Of a DNA stretch of 64,000 nt, positions 42,915 through 50,775 are shown piece after piece. Both the position numbers and the translations under genes were made by a program. The notes beneath the pieces were generated by a model that was not told the DNA's origin, did not search any database, and saw only the letters and a program-made list of their open reading frames with translations. Source of the DNA: Sedimentisphaerales bacterium (GTDB taxonomy: Bacteria; Planctomycetota; Phycisphaerae; Sedimentisphaerales; Anaerobacaceae); the NCBI GenBank assembly GCA_040772485.1, contig JAXGYC010000008.1:256001-320000 (forward strand), written 5' to 3'. Every line of letters starts with the position of its first letter. The first letter of the stretch is position 1.

Positions 42915-43112
42915 ATGATTCGATTGCAGAGAGACCAAGTCAGGTTGAAACCGATCACCGACGAGGACGATGACTACATGGACGCGTCCCCAGCGGAGCG
43001 TCTGAGTTTCATGTGGGAACTGACCGCCGAAATCTGGTCGCTACAGGGACGAGACTGCGTTGAACGACGACTACAGAGACATGTTGTGCGCCTTGTGCGA
43101 CCACGGGGTTAA
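42915..43112 (+). CDS. Small hypothetical protein, partner of the downstream nucleotidyltransferase
   Basis: 65 aa helical; TGGTATAAT ends 6 nt before the ATG (leaderless-type); overlaps the next gene. Confidence 0.7.
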   Translation: MIRLQRDQVRLKPITDEDDDYMDASPAERLSFMWELTAEIWSLQGRDCVERRLQRHVVRLVRPRG

Positions 43113-43509
43113 GTTCCTCCTCGTCGGGGCCTATGCGATGGGCGCTCACGGCTATCCTCGCGCTACGGCCGACATCGACATCTGGGTCCAGCCATCCCCC
43201 GAGAATTCAAAGAAGGTCTACCGCGCGTTGGAGTCGTTCGGCGCTCCACTCCATACGATCACGGAGGACGATTTCATCAAGCCGGGGGTCGTCTTTCAGA
43301 TCGGCGTGGCGCCCCGCCGGATCGACATCATCACCGCCATCAGCGGTGTCGAATTCGAGCACGCCTACGAGCACCGGCAGACCGTCGAATTGGAAGGCCT
43401 GCCCATCGCCGTCCTGTCCTACGACGACCTCGTCAAGAACAAGCGCGCCACGGGACGAGACAAAGACCAGATCGACCTCCGCCGCCTCGAAAAACACCCG
43501 CCGAAGTAA
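43060..43509 (+). CDS. Nucleotidyltransferase-fold protein (Pol-beta superfamily)
   Basis: LVGAYAMGAHGYPRATADIDIW; KNKRATGRDKDQIDL. Confidence 0.8.
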   Translation: MNDDYRDMLCALCDHGVKFLLVGAYAMGAHGYPRATADIDIWVQPSPENSKKVYRALESFGAPLHTITEDDFIKPGVVFQIGVAPRRIDIITAISGVEFEHAYEHRQTVELEGLPIAVLSYDDLVKNKRATGRDKDQIDLRRLEKHPPK

Positions 43510-43630
43510 GTCGCAATCAGACCCCCGCCCGACTCAAAGACGCCGCCGACCTCGAAGCCGTCGACGCCTAATAGCTTGCTCCCGTGTGGCAATGAGACAT
43601 AACGCGATTCTTAGGTGTGCTGACGCAGCG

Positions 43631-43867
43631 TCAGTTCCTGCCGTTGTATCTCCGTCTGAGTCGGGGCAATCCACCTTTGGCCTCACCCAACTTGCGGAGA
43701 GCCAGCAGCCGATGAGCCAGTTCCGAAGGCTCCACCTCCTGGCCCGTCCGCCTCGCGTAGTCGTCCACAAATGGCAGGAGTTCAGCTTCGTCACTGACGA
43801 GATTATCGCAGGGCGTGTCATACTCGCGATACATCTCAATCAATACGGCATCATCAAATGGACTCAT
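43631..43867 (-). CDS. Small hypothetical helical protein
   Basis: 78 aa; ATGA overlap with the upstream gene; AAAGGAGG RBS. Confidence 0.7.
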   Translation of the reverse strand: MSPFDDAVLIEMYREYDTPCDNLVSDEAELLPFVDDYARRTGQEVEPSELAHRLLALRKLGEAKGGLPRLRRRYNGRN

Positions 43868-44577
43868 TCTGTAGGATTCCCTCCTTTCTGGTGCTCATGT
43901 TCGGCGAGTTCTGTCTCTGCCCTGAACAGCGTACCGAGTTGTATTCGGCCGAACAGGAACGAAACACTTGTGAGGAGATAGGCAATGATTGCCAGCGTGA
44001 AGTCCATCAGACATGGACGGCGGAGGACGTTCACCATGCAGAGCATCGTCGTCAACAGCAAAGCATAGGCCGTATGGGCGTAGAACTGCCCGAAGTGCAG
44101 ATAGAACTCCTGGAGGAATTGGAATCGCCACTCACAGTCCTGCTTGAAACACTTGAGGTTTTCATCCATAGTCAGACGCGCCAGATTGGGTGCCTTCAGG
44201 ACCAATGTGAGCACTTCATAGGCCATGACAAGTGGACCGATCAGCAGTTGCGTCCAAAGAGGTAGCCTGTGATATCGCGTTTCCCTTACCGGCTTCGGCC
44301 GGTCGATGCCATCTCTGTTCTCGACCCACGCCAACACGGTCCAATTCAACGCATGAATGAGCATGCCCACGGCACAGGACATGAAGAGAAACGCGACTGT
44401 CCTAAAGGCAGATGCGAACCACCAACCCTCAATGCGCGTCAGCATAGTCTCAAGGCATACACCCGCCTCGGAACCGGCGCTCGTGGCTATGCACGTGAAG
44501 GCCGTAACGACCACCATGCCGGGCACGAGCTGCGCCATCAAGAAGCCGAAAGTGACCTTGGAGATGAAGTCCTTCAT
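43864..44577 (-). CDS. Hypothetical multi-pass membrane protein
   Basis: 4-5 hydrophobic segments; ATG 44577 preceded by GGAGA. Confidence 0.7.
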   Translation of the reverse strand: MKDFISKVTFGFLMAQLVPGMVVVTAFTCIATSAGSEAGVCLETMLTRIEGWWFASAFRTVAFLFMSCAVGMLIHALNWTVLAWVENRDGIDRPKPVRETRYHRLPLWTQLLIGPLVMAYEVLTLVLKAPNLARLTMDENLKCFKQDCEWRFQFLQEFYLHFGQFYAHTAYALLLTTMLCMVNVLRRPCLMDFTLAIIAYLLTSVSFLFGRIQLGTLFRAETELAEHEHQKGGNPTE

Positions 44578-44691
44578 AACGCGCTCTCCACATCTGGACG
44601 CGCCAAGGGTGTTCGTGCAACCGCAAAGGCGCGCCGTATTCACGATGCCTTGCGTCGCTGTGTCTGCCGCAAGCGGATATCACCCAAAGAT

Positions 44692-44949
44692 TCAGTTCTG
44701 TGGCGGGTTCTTGGCCGCCTTCACGGCGCGTCTGAGCGAATCTCTGCTCGACAGGAGGTCGATGAACTCCGGCCATTTCACCGTGATCCCGTTCTTCTTG
44801 CTGGTCTTTCCGGGACACCATGTCAGGCCGGTCATCGTGAGGCAACAGTCTCCAAGTTGGGCCTTTCCGTCGGGAGTCCTCACCTCGAACTCAATGCCCT
44901 TCGTCTTGACATCCACATTGACGTCGAATTTCTTGATCTTCACGTTCAT
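44692..44949 (-). CDS. Small hypothetical beta-rich basic protein
   Basis: 85 aa MNVKIKKFDVNVDVKTKGIEFEVRTPDG...; ATG preceded by AAAGGG. Confidence 0.7.
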   Translation of the reverse strand: MNVKIKKFDVNVDVKTKGIEFEVRTPDGKAQLGDCCLTMTGLTWCPGKTSKKNGITVKWPEFIDLLSSRDSLRRAVKAAKNPPQN

Positions 44950-45378
44950 CTGTCTCAGCCCTTTCAGCACGCACACGTTATCGGTACATGGTCGCTCCGC
45001 GCAATCGTGTTCCACGACATCCTTGCGCGAATGCATAAGGTTCTTTGGCGTTGCGTCATCAAGGGTGCTTCCGTCTGGGGGTTGTATCGGCGGGAGGACG
45101 CGGGGAGATAAGGAGAAAGTAGAAACCACACCGCAGGAATGCGGGTGGGGGCTTTTTGGATCTTGCTTTGTCGTTTTGCTCTTTACATTTTGCCTTTTGA
45201 TTTCATCGCCATTCGCCTCGGCCAGCGCGGCGAGGGTATAGGGAGGCTGTACATGCGGTGCTGGGCCGATGGGGTCTGTATAGTCAGGGTGCGGGCAGGC
45301 CGGCCGTCGGAGGTGAAAGGCGGCCGGCCTGGCGCTGTACGGCCTCCACGGCCGATGTTGCCGCGGCGGGCCGGGTGA

Positions 45379-45900
45379 TCACGGCTGCGGGACTACCTCA
45401 TCTTCCCCGCATTCCTGGCTCTGATGGACCACGACCGTGGCGGTTTGCGTCACGACCGCCGAGCCGCCTTCGCTGGTGCTGACGGAGGCGTACTGGATGC
45501 CGCTGACGTACTGGCTCTGCGTGCCGCAGTCGTTGGTCTGCGTCTGGCCTGCGGCTCCGCCCTGGACGGCGAGCGCCGAGCCGTCGTTCGTGCTCGCGAC
45601 GACCTGGGTCATGCCGGCGGCAAGGCCCTGCTCCTGCGAGTCCTCATCGCCGTCCTGAAAGCCGGCGGCCCCTTCCGTCTGCACGACGACGCCCGCGCCG
45701 GTTGTCCCATCGACCTCGGCGTACTGGAACCCGGCGGCGTTGGCGTTCGAGTCGGCGTTATACCGCGAATCCGTGCCAGGACCCCAGCGGAACGCGCCGT
45801 TCAGCAGGAAGCCCGCCCAGAAGTCGGGGGCCGCTCGGGCAGGGGCTGCGCTGGCCAGGGCCAGCAGCACCGCCATCAGGAGGAACACTCTCTTACGCAT
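45379..45900 (-). CDS. Secreted Gln/Gly/Ala/Thr-rich repeat protein
   Basis: Sec signal MRKRVFLLMAVLLALASAAPARA; AAAGGAG RBS; internal repeats. Confidence 0.75.
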   Translation of the reverse strand: MRKRVFLLMAVLLALASAAPARAAPDFWAGFLLNGAFRWGPGTDSRYNADSNANAAGFQYAEVDGTTGAGVVVQTEGAAGFQDGDEDSQEQGLAAGMTQVVASTNDGSALAVQGGAAGQTQTNDCGTQSQYVSGIQYASVSTSEGGSAVVTQTATVVVHQSQECGEDEVVPQP

Positions 45901-46445
45901 CACTCACTCTCCTTTCTGCGCATGCGTCGAAGCGGATTGGTCGCTCAGGACACCGCCGGACGGTCGCGAGACCGGCATGCCCGGCCACGCCCGATCGGCA
46001 TCCGTATGCGGACAGGGCAAGGTTGGACCGGGCGCAGACCGGCTGCGGTAGCTGCTGAGCGCGCGGAATCTCGTGCGACAGTGGTATTCCCTCGAACGAC
46101 AGGGGCAATCGAAGCGGGTGCATCGGCATCGGGTACAGACGCTCGCTGCTGAGGCGCGCGGACGCCGGATGGGGGAAGTCCGACGCGCAGAGAACCCCTC
46201 TGCACCCTGGCGTGCGACGTCCCCGCCTCCAAGACAGCCTTGGCAACCTTCCTGTGCCCGGTCATCACTGACCTCCGGTTGCGCCGTCCCTGTTCGTGCC
46301 GGCGTCTCCCACGCTCGGGAAACGCGATGAAGAGCCGTCTCTTCGGCCACCTTAGACTCTTCAGAAAGTCTGTCAAGAGAAAAACCGATCCGGCCGACAT
46401 AGTCAATTGTGATGATGCACCCGCCGATTTCCGGGCGAAAGAGGG

Positions 46446-46474
46446 TTTACAGTCTTCGGCGGCGGCGGTATAAT
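46446..46474 (+). promoter_or_regulatory. sigma70 promoter of tRNA-Thr(CGT)
   Basis: TTTACA-N17-TATAAT, ending 11 nt before the tRNA. Confidence 0.8.
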
Positions 46475-46485
46475 AAAGGTTTAGT

Positions 46486-46557
46486 GCCGATGTAGCTCAA
46501 CGGTAGAGCACGGCTTTCGTAAAGCCGGGGTTGAGAGTTCAAATCTCTCCATCGGCT
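46486..46557 (+). tRNA. tRNA-Thr (CGT); CCA not encoded
   Basis: GCCGATGTAGCTCAACGGTAGAGCACGGCTTTCGTAAAGCCGGGGTTGAGAGTTCAAATCTCTCCATCGGCT cloverleaf. Confidence 0.96.
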
Positions 46558-46565
46558 TTCTCTCG

Positions 46566-46624
46566 CGTTTGTAGTGATGCCGTAAGGCGTTTCTTTATAT
46601 GCCTTTACGGGCGCACTACGAACG
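46566..46624. repeat. Inverted doublet of GTAG-type REP (family B)
   Basis: CGTTTGTAGTGATGCCGTAAGGCG...GCCTTTACGGGCGCACTACGAACG; related copies at 52165-52229 and 61265-61292. Confidence 0.75.
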
Positions 46625-47849
46625 GGATGATCAAGGGAGAGATCCCATAGAATCGCAGGAGACGCCCAACACGCCGCAGGAATCCTCCGCCGGAACCAAT
46701 CGTCACTGGCGTCCGGTCTTGGCGGTGGGCGTCGTTTTGGCGTTGGCAGGCGCCATCTTCTGGTGGACGGGGCTGGGATCCTATCTGGCACAACGAAGAG
46801 AGTATGCCGCCAAAACCAGAACCTTCTCCGCCAGTTCCGGATTGCTTGAGCGGACGGTGATCGTCCCGACGCTCGACAGCCTTTGCCCCGGCAGCAAGAA
46901 CGTCATCTGGTGCTCGTCTTTCCAGTTGGCCTGGAACGAGATTCGCGACAACGTCATCGGCGCCCCGCTCGATGTCGTCGGCGCGGAGGAACTTGCCGAC
47001 CGTTTGAACAAGGCTCCACATCGCGCCGGAGACCTCGCACCCGGCTCGTGCTACGCGGCCGGCGGACGGATACGCGACGGGATCGTGGGGCAAATCGAGA
47101 AGGAAATGGGCGCCAGGTTTCCTCGTCGGGAACTGCCCGATTTCAAAAGTATCGAAGACATGGGCGGCATACTGGCCTATTCCTACCTGACGGCAAATGT
47201 GCCGTTCCGGTATCCCTTCCGCCAGCTCGACGAAGGGTTCACCTTCACCGACTCGCAGGGCGTCGAAACGCTCGTGGCTGGCTTCGGCCTTTGGCAGGCC
47301 TTCCTGTCGCGATATGAGGACATTCGCGAGCAGGTGGAGGTCCTCTATGTGGGTTGGGACGACCCGAATCGGCCCTACGAACGAATGAAGGAATATGCGC
47401 TCGACCTGTGCCGGCACAGCCAGCCCTACCAGGTGGTCGTCGCGGTGGTCGAGCCGAAAGGTTCGCTGGCCGAAACCTACGAACATATTCAGCGCGGGAC
47501 CGAGCAGTTCAAGAAGCAGAGAGACTACAGCCACGCCCGATGGTTTCAAGGGAGCGACGACCTGCGCGTGCCCGAGATGTTCTGGCGCATCGACCACCGA
47601 TTCGCCGAACTCATTGGCAAGACAGTGGCCAACGTGAGCATGCCCATCGTCGAGGCCATGCAAACGATCGAATTCCGGTTGGATCGATCCGGCGCGGTGC
47701 TCGAGAGCGAAGCACGCGTGGGCATTGCCGCCATACCCCGAGACTTCCTGTTCAACCGCCCCTTTCTGATCTACATGAAGAAGCGGGACGCCCAGCGGCC
47801 GTTCTTTGCGATGTGGGTGGACAACGCCGAACTGCTGGCTCGCAAATAG
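46599..47849 (+). CDS. Membrane-anchored divergent serpin-like protein (start uncertain)
   Basis: N-terminal TM; C-terminus IEFRLDRSGA...FLFNRPFLIYM...PFFAMWVDN resembles the serpin signature. Confidence 0.6.
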   Translation: MPLRAHYERDDQGRDPIESQETPNTPQESSAGTNRHWRPVLAVGVVLALAGAIFWWTGLGSYLAQRREYAAKTRTFSASSGLLERTVIVPTLDSLCPGSKNVIWCSSFQLAWNEIRDNVIGAPLDVVGAEELADRLNKAPHRAGDLAPGSCYAAGGRIRDGIVGQIEKEMGARFPRRELPDFKSIEDMGGILAYSYLTANVPFRYPFRQLDEGFTFTDSQGVETLVAGFGLWQAFLSRYEDIREQVEVLYVGWDDPNRPYERMKEYALDLCRHSQPYQVVVAVVEPKGSLAETYEHIQRGTEQFKKQRDYSHARWFQGSDDLRVPEMFWRIDHRFAELIGKTVANVSMPIVEAMQTIEFRLDRSGAVLESEARVGIAAIPRDFLFNRPFLIYMKKRDAQRPFFAMWVDNAELLARK

Positions 47850-47988
47850 CGCACGAGGAAACGGCGCATCAGATCACGGGGCAGCGGGCGCCGTTGGTGA
47901 ATTCGGGGGGTGGCGGAACGATCGTTCTTGCGGTATCCTGGGGCACGGCTGGTCGGCACGAGCGCAAAGCAAAGCAGGAGGCCGGACG

Positions 47989-48252
47989 ATGGACAGTCCA
48001 TCACAACGCGCGAAACAGGATACAACGCCGCAGGCGCGGCGGATTCAGTGTGAGGTCTATCGTCGGATGGGCCCGGCACAGAAGCTCGAACTGGTCTTCG
48101 AGACATACCACATGGGCCGGCAGCTCGCGATGGCTGGCATCCGGATGCAGAACCCGCACGCCAGCGCCGAGGAAGTCTGGCACCTCTGGGCCCGGCGGCA
48201 CCTCGGGGCGGATTCCTACGACAAGACCTATGGAGTGCTGAGCTATGAGTGA
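47989..48252 (+). CDS. Small hypothetical protein, partner of the downstream nucleotidyltransferase
   Basis: 87 aa DTTPQARRIQCEVYRRMGPAQKL...; AGGAGG RBS; 8-nt overlap with the next gene. Confidence 0.75.
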   Translation: MDSPSQRAKQDTTPQARRIQCEVYRRMGPAQKLELVFETYHMGRQLAMAGIRMQNPHASAEEVWHLWARRHLGADSYDKTYGVLSYE

Positions 48253-48832
48253 ACTGCGAGAAATCCAGGTCCTGGAGCGGCTGGCCGAGGTCTTCGATGC
48301 GCTGGGCATCCCCTACGCCATCGGCGGCTCCATCGCCAGCAGCGTCTACGGCACGGTGCGCTTCACGCGGGACGCCGACATCGCGGTGCTGCCCTTCGCG
48401 GCCGCGGCCGACAGGTTCTACGCGATGCTCAAGGACGAATTCTACGTCAGTGAAGAGGCGATGCAGCAGGCGTTGAGCTGCTGCGGCTCGTTCAACATCA
48501 TCCACTTCGAGACCGCCTTCAAGATCGACCTGTTCCTGCTGGGCCCCAGCGAGTTCGAGCAGCAACTGCTGGTCCGCAGCCGGGTCGTGAGGCTGGGCGA
48601 AACCCCTGAAAGCGACCTGTGTTGCGTCTCACCCGAGGACGTCATCCTGCTGAAGCTGCGCCGGCTGAACGAGTCGGACGCCTTCGACGAGAGCCAGTGG
48701 GAGGACATCCTGGGCGTGCTGGCGATCCAGGGCCAGGCCCTCGACTTCGGGCGGCTGAACGAAGATGCGAGAATTCGCGGCGTCGAAGACCTCCTGGAGC
48801 GAGCCATCGCCGAGGCGCAGACGTACGTTTGA
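48245..48832 (+). CDS. Nucleotidyltransferase-fold protein (Pol-beta superfamily)
   Basis: GIPYAIGGSIASSVYGTVRFTRDADI; KIDLF; SPEDVILLKL. Confidence 0.8.
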   Translation: MSELREIQVLERLAEVFDALGIPYAIGGSIASSVYGTVRFTRDADIAVLPFAAAADRFYAMLKDEFYVSEEAMQQALSCCGSFNIIHFETAFKIDLFLLGPSEFEQQLLVRSRVVRLGETPESDLCCVSPEDVILLKLRRLNESDAFDESQWEDILGVLAIQGQALDFGRLNEDARIRGVEDLLERAIAEAQTYV

Positions 48833-48834
48833 AT

Positions 48835-49830
48835 ATGGACCTGAACGCAAAACACACGGCGCTGCAAAACATACTCAAGGACTTGGGCAGAGTCGTCGTG
48901 GCGTACTCGGGGGGCGTGGACAGCACGCTGCTGCTGAGGGTCGCTGCCGAAACGCTGGGAACACAGAACGTGCTGGCGTGCTTCAGCGCCGGCGCCTCGG
49001 AGCCAAGCCACCAGCTCGCGCGCGCGGCCGCACTGGCGAAGAACATCGGCGTCGAGCTGATGACGGTCGACACGGACGAGCTGGAGGACCCCGCCTTCGT
49101 GGCCAATCAGGCGGACCGCTGCTTCCACTGCAAGTCGCATCTGTGCCGGACGCTGCTGGACATTGCGGCCGAGCGCGGGTTTGGTCACGTGGTCTTCGGG
49201 ACCAACTACGACGACCTCGACGACTTCCGGCCGGGCAATCGGGCCATCGCAAAACTTGGCGTCCGCTCGCCGCTGGCGGAGGCCAGGCTGACCAAGGACG
49301 ACATCCGCCAAATCAGCCGGCAACTCGGCCTGCCCACCGCGGACATGCCCTCGTCGCCGTGCCTGGCGTCGCGAATCAGCTACGGGCTGGAGGTCACCGC
49401 CGAGCGGCTCAGACAGATCGACGAGGCGGAGGCGATTCTCAGAGAGGCGGGTTTCGTCGAATTTCGCGTCCGCCATCATGGCGAGGTCGCGCGTATCGAG
49501 GTTCCGGCCGCCCAGATCGGCCGGCTGGCCGCCGAGCCGCTCCGCTCGCAGGTGGTCGAGAAGCTCAAGAGCCTTGGTTTCCGATATGTCACCCTGGACC
49601 TTCAGGGCTTTCGTTCCGGCTCGTTGAACGAGTCGCTCTCGGAGGAAGAGAAGCAAACCGGTCTGCAAATGCAATGTACCATTCTCGCTGGAGGAACTCA
49701 TGCACTCGAATGCCATGTCACAGACTCGTGGAATGTCACGCCGCACCGTTCTTGCGATCGCTCTGCTTGCGGGCCTGGCCTGGTCCGCCAGTCGTTGCGC
49801 TGCGGCCGAGGCCGGCGACAGCAAGAATGA
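48835..49830 (+). CDS. larE: ATP-dependent sulfur transferase LarE (PP-loop), with atypical C-terminal extension
   Basis: VAYSGGVDS, RCFHCK, GTNYDD..DFRPG, PCLASRI, FRVRHHG..ARIEV, DLQGFRSGSLN. Confidence 0.88.
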   Translation: MDLNAKHTALQNILKDLGRVVVAYSGGVDSTLLLRVAAETLGTQNVLACFSAGASEPSHQLARAAALAKNIGVELMTVDTDELEDPAFVANQADRCFHCKSHLCRTLLDIAAERGFGHVVFGTNYDDLDDFRPGNRAIAKLGVRSPLAEARLTKDDIRQISRQLGLPTADMPSSPCLASRISYGLEVTAERLRQIDEAEAILREAGFVEFRVRHHGEVARIEVPAAQIGRLAAEPLRSQVVEKLKSLGFRYVTLDLQGFRSGSLNESLSEEEKQTGLQMQCTILAGGTHALECHVTDSWNVTPHRSCDRSACGPGLVRQSLRCGRGRRQQE

Positions 49831-50629
49831 TTAGCACGTGATGAGTTTCAACATCCGCTATGGGACCGCCGACGATGGGCCGGACCGCTGGGAGAACCGA
49901 AGGCAGCAAGTCTGCGAAGTGATCGAGCGGAACCAGTGCGACGTGATCGGGTTGCAGGAGGCGCTGCGGTTGCAGATCGACGCGATTCGCGAGGCCCTGC
50001 CGGTGTACGCCGAGATCGGCGTCGGCCGCGAAGACGGCAAGACCAAAGGCGAATACTCCGGCATCCTCTATCGCACCGACCGCCTCCTGGTGGCCGAGGC
50101 CGGAACGTTCTGGCTGTCCGACACGCCCGAGGTTCCCGGCTCGATGACCTGGGGCAACAAGATCACACGCGTCTGCACCTGGGGCCGGTTCATCCACAAG
50201 CCTTCGGGCAAGGCCTTCTATCATTTCAACACCCATTGCGACCACCAGTCGCAGCCGTCGCGCGCCAAGAGCGCGGTGCTGCTGGTCCAGCGCATCCGCG
50301 ACCGCAAGCACGCCGACCCGGTGATCGTCTCAGGCGACTTCAACGCGGGCGAAGCCAATCCGGCGATCCGCTATCTCAAGGGTGACCTGGACCTGGACGG
50401 CAAGACGCCCATCCCGTTCGTCGATTCGTTCAGGCTACTGCACCCCGAGGCGACCGAGGTCGGCACGTTCCACGCCTTCAAAGGCACGCGTTCCGGCGAG
50501 AAGATCGACTACATCTTCGTCCAGGCTGGCGCCGAGGTCCTGGAGGCCCGAGTCCTGCACGACAACGTGGACGGCCGCTACCCCAGCGACCATTACCCCA
50601 TCACCGCCCGGCTGGCGCTGCCCAACTGA
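49700..50629 (+). pseudogene. Endonuclease/exonuclease/phosphatase family gene interrupted by an in-frame TAG (catalytic domain 49838-50629 intact)
   Basis: GGAGG + ATG 49700 opens a signal peptide in frame with VMSFNIRY...GLQE...GDFN...IDYIF...SDHYP; TAG at 49832-49834. Confidence 0.7.
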
Positions 50630-50636
50630 ATCAGCC

Positions 50637-50659
50637 GCATGGGCTGAAGCCCATCCTGC
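50637..50659 (-). repeat. Degenerate REP-like palindrome
   Basis: Minus strand GCAGGATGGGCTTCAGCCCATGC just after a stop codon. Confidence 0.5.
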
Positions 50660-50775
50660 AATTGACCCTCAGGCAAGACGGGTAATCGTGTCCGGAGAGG
50701 CCTCTGGACCTGGGGCGGGGTTTGGGCTATACTGGTGCGGCTAAGTGCTTTTGGGTCTTTGTGTTGTGGACGTCT

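Noticed and set aside
46240..46260. Possible sigma54 promoter (GGCAC...TTGC) upstream of the Gln-rich secreted protein
   Set aside because: GG-to-GC spacing is 12 nt rather than the required 10
46486..48832. Integrative element at tRNA-Thr(CGT)
   Set aside because: No integrase nearby and I found no duplicated tRNA 3' end in the window; the only tyrosine recombinase looks like housekeeping XerD
49832..49834. Genome-wide TAG recoding or pyrrolysine
   Set aside because: TAG terminates tuf, rpsG, rpsJ, rpmG and others at their expected ends; no pyl genes in the window
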